From positions 26,390 through 90,389 of the forward strand of contig JAIBAI010000003.1 of assembly GCA_019695235.1 (NCBI GenBank): a stretch of DNA of 64,000 bases. Reading direction: 5' to 3'. Shown here piece after piece: positions 62,342 to 64,000 of the stretch (within the stretch, counting starts at the first letter, position 1; each line of letters starts with the position of its first letter). Source of the stretch: Bacteroidia bacterium (lineage in GTDB: Bacteria > Bacteroidota > Bacteroidia > M30B66). A program made the position numbers and the translations under genes. Under the pieces are notes generated by a model that ran no database searches, was not told where the DNA came from, and saw only the letters and a list, made by a program, of their open reading frames with translations.

Positions 62342-64000
62342 ATGGAATCAAACCCGCTGATTGATCAGCTGCCCGAGCATTTACGTCGTTTTATCAAAGA
62401 CCAGGATTACGCATCATATACTGCAATTGATCATGCCGTATGGCGTTATGTGATGCGTGTAAATGTTGAACATTTGAGCAAGGTTGCGCATGAGAGTTAC
62501 CTTGATGGTTTGCGTAAGGCAGGTCTAGAGATTGAGCACATTGCCCACATGTACGGTATGAACCGAATACTTCAGGAGATTGGCTGGGCTGCGGTTGCAG
62601 TTGACGGGTTTATTCCGCCTTCAGCCTTTATGGAGTTTCAGGCGTATAATGTTTTGGTGATCGCAGCTGATATCCGGCAATTAAAGCATATAGAATATAC
62701 ACCCGCACCTGATATAATTCATGAAGCAGCGGGGCATGCGCCCATAATTGCTGACCCTGAGTATGCTGAGTACCTGCGTTATTTTGGAGAAATTGGGTGC
62801 AAAGCTATCAGTTCGGCAAAAGATTATGAATTGTATGAGGCCATCCGGCATTTGTCAATTATAAAAGAATACCCCTTTACGCCGGCAGAAATGATCACCC
62901 AGGCAGAGCAAAAGATCGCCGACTTGCAGGCGGATATGGGAGCAGCTTCAGAAATGACCCTGATCAGGCGTTTGCATTGGTGGACGGTAGAGTATGGCTT
63001 GATTGGCACGCTTGATAATCCGCGGATATATGGTGCGGGTTTGCTTTCGTCAATAGGCGAAAGCGTTTCTTGTTTACGCCCGGAGGTGAAAAAACTACCT
63101 TATACTATTGATGCCCGGGATGTAGAGTTTGATATTACCAAACCCCAACCGGCCTTATTTGTAACTCCCGACTTCAGGCATCTCACCAGGGTGCTGGATG
63201 AATTTGCCGCTACGATGGCTTTGCGTCGGGGCGGCACCTATGGCATAGGGCTGGCTATTGAGTCGGGCGCTATTGCAACAGCGGTTTTTTCCTCGGGGAT
63301 GCAGGTGTCGGGGGTATTCGATTTCCAGGTGCAGGGTAAAGGGGAGCAGCCGCTGATTTTCGGTACCAGAAAAGCATCAGCACTGGCATTTGCAAACAAG
63401 CAATGGCCTGATCATGATAAATCAACCTATCGTTATGGGTTTATTGGGGTATGTGGGCGCATAAAAGGACTCAATTGTATTGCTGAACATGCAGATAACG
63501 CGCAACTGGCAGCTATTGGTATCGTTCCCGGAGAAAGCGTTGAGGTGTTATGGGAGCAGGGTGTGGTATTAAGGGGGCGGGTAGTTTCGTTCAGGCGTTC
63601 GCCTCAGGGAGCCTTGTTGATGATACGCTTTGCAGAGGCATCACTTGAATACAATCAACAGAAGTATTACAGTGGCGAGCTGTTTAACCTGGTGGTTGGA
63701 GAAAGAATTGTTTCGGTTTATAGCGGGGCGGCTGATCGTACCGCATTTAAAGATTTGCCGGAGGTACCTGCCGAGTATACCCGGAAGGTTGTATACGACC
63801 CCCGTACCAGGCGTCTCCAACAATATTATCAGGAGGTACGTGATATACGACATGCCCGGTCGGGCTTTGAAAAGCTGGAAGCGATTGCTGCTATCCTTCG
63901 CAAAAAGTATCCTGAAGACTGGCTTTTGTCGCTTGAGATATATGAGTTGCTCAGTCGTGACGGCAGCAGCAAACAAACAGCAGCACAGGTTCGCGACTGG
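62342..64000 (+). CDS. Aromatic amino acid hydroxylase (phenylalanine-4-hydroxylase-like), long form; 3' end beyond the window
   Basis: This ORF is absent from the ORF track because it has no stop in the window. My translation is open for 553 codons: MESNPLIDQLPEHLRRFIKDQ...YTPAPDIIHEAAGHAPII (Fe ligands H-x4-H)...HWWTVEYGLIG...IYGAGLLSSIGE, followed by about 250 further residues. Confidence 0.8.
   Translation, partial: MESNPLIDQLPEHLRRFIKDQDYASYTAIDHAVWRYVMRVNVEHLSKVAHESYLDGLRKAGLEIEHIAHMYGMNRILQEIGWAAVAVDGFIPPSAFMEFQAYNVLVIAADIRQLKHIEYTPAPDIIHEAAGHAPIIADPEYAEYLRYFGEIGCKAISSAKDYELYEAIRHLSIIKEYPFTPAEMITQAEQKIADLQADMGAASEMTLIRRLHWWTVEYGLIGTLDNPRIYGAGLLSSIGESVSCLRPEVKKLPYTIDARDVEFDITKPQPALFVTPDFRHLTRVLDEFAATMALRRGGTYGIGLAIESGAIATAVFSSGMQVSGVFDFQVQGKGEQPLIFGTRKASALAFANKQWPDHDKSTYRYGFIGVCGRIKGLNCIAEHADNAQLAAIGIVPGESVEVLWEQGVVLRGRVVSFRRSPQGALLMIRFAEASLEYNQQKYYSGELFNLVVGERIVSVYSGAADRTAFKDLPEVPAEYTRKVVYDPRTRRLQQYYQEVRDIRHARSGFEKLEAIAAILRKKYPEDWLLSLEIYELLSRDGSSKQTAAQVRDW

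Overview
Gene-dense 64-kb chromosomal segment with about 48 protein genes and 1 tRNA. It looks like a Bacteroidota genome: four giant surface proteins carry type A or type B T9SS C-terminal sorting domains, several genes have TAnnTTTG-type -7 boxes, and there is a CarboxypepD_reg-type TonB-dependent receptor and a long-form urocanase. Most of the window is core metabolism or envelope biogenesis. This includes hutU and ftcD (histidine catabolism), proBA, trmB, mazG, waaA, an MqnC/MqnE-type radical SAM enzyme, an M20 dipeptidase, a long aromatic amino acid hydroxylase, a TetR-TolC-MFP-RND efflux operon, a patatin/beta-barrel protein, several glycosyltransferases and two lipid A deacylase-like genes. 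Two parts look accessory. (i) The left 5.6 kb holds a partial IS3-family element with a classical -1 frameshift site, a T9SS adhesin gene broken by three 1-nt indels (two in homopolymers, including a C9 tract), and a frameshifted GIY-YIG gene abutting tRNA-Asp. (ii) An AT-rich VapC(PIN)/antitoxin pair with an operator-like inverted repeat. I found no CRISPR array, rRNA, prophage, integrase or obvious multi-gene defence island. The best candidates for under-described biology are modest. They are a translationally coupled DUF1111 di-haem / Rieske / outer-membrane barrel cassette (38868..41709), a TonB receptor + His-rich DUF4625-like lipoprotein pair, waaA sandwiched between two unknown beta-barrel genes, and an unexplained 0.5-kb non-coding stretch with a strong hairpin (5567..6101). 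All functional calls come from motif recognition by eye on the supplied translations. No searches or computations were run, and start codons were refined by hand.
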